Source of the DNA: Daphnia carinata
Lineage: Eukaryota
DNA length: 64,000 bases
Direction: 5' to 3'
Assembly (NCBI RefSeq): GCF_022539665.2
Contig: NC_081331.1
Location: 434,001-498,000 of the forward strand
Shown here: piece by piece, positions 63,601-64,000 of the stretch
Layout: every line of letters starts with the position of its first letter
Numbering within the stretch: position 1 is the first letter of the stretch
Program-made: the position numbers and the translations under genes
Notes under the pieces: generated by a model
What the model was told of the DNA's origin: nothing
Databases searched by the model: none
Seen by the model: only the letters and a program-made list of their open reading frames with translations

Positions 63601-64000
63601 CGTCACTCGCCATTGCCCGGTGACTCATCAATCCATTGTTTTAGTTGCCCACACGGCTTTCAACCATCCGAATGAAGGCACTGAACAAGGATATATTAAA
63701 CCGCTAGTCCTAGATGGATGCGTCGAAGAGGTGATTTTAGAAGCCCAAGTCGTCCATAAGAACCATAGGTCAGTTAATTGACTATTGACTTTAATATACG
63801 TGTTTAAATTGTGTTATATGATGATTTACAGTCAGGGAGGATCGCGTTATGTGGCGCCCAACGGTCATCAGCCGCATCCTAGCAGGATCAACGGTTGTGA
63901 TGACTACCAGTGTATCATTCGTCAAAACGTTAGGGTGGAGGAGGCGCATATGTTGAAAAAAATTAGCGATGCATCATCGGATTCGTCGGGCAAAACGGTC
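60655..64000 (+). CDS. AGL: Glycogen debranching enzyme, N-terminal glucanotransferase part; runs off the window end
   Basis: Exons 60655-60802, 60866-61100, 61156-61360, 61428-61562, 61626-61844, 61902-62143, 62198-62410, 62469-62660, 62778-63031, 63091-63356, 63422-63768, 63832->64000. Motifs [38 protein letters not shown], catalytic [22 protein letters not shown]. Confidence 0.95.

Overview
Eukaryotic, intron-rich arthropod DNA, very probably a water flea (Daphnia sp.). This is inferred from the 55-80 nt GT-AG introns, dense gene packing and gene set, not from a database match. Exon structures were rebuilt by hand from splice signals and frame continuity. In order: 5' part of a SorLA/SORL1 Vps10p receptor (-); an N-acylated globin X-like gene with a 5.7 kb first intron (+); three small secreted-protein genes, namely a CUB-like + C-type lectin (-), a 73-aa Pro/Arg-rich peptide missed by the ORF track (+) and a 208-aa orphan (+); about 10 kb without a recognisable CDS; a very long NUAK kinase (+); the TRPV channel Inactive (+) with an RFX X-box upstream; dmrt93B (-); a TraB-domain gene (+); an intronless SETMAR-like SET gene (+); an SLC36-type amino acid transporter (-); and the 5' part of glycogen debranching enzyme (+). 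No tRNA, rRNA, CRISPR or intact transposon was recognised. Best leads: the candidate proline-rich antimicrobial peptide transcribed divergently from a lectin gene, the X-box at iav, an in-frame TAA inside the NUAK reading frame, tandem-duplicated exons in TRABD, and the very tight TRABD-SET arrangement.
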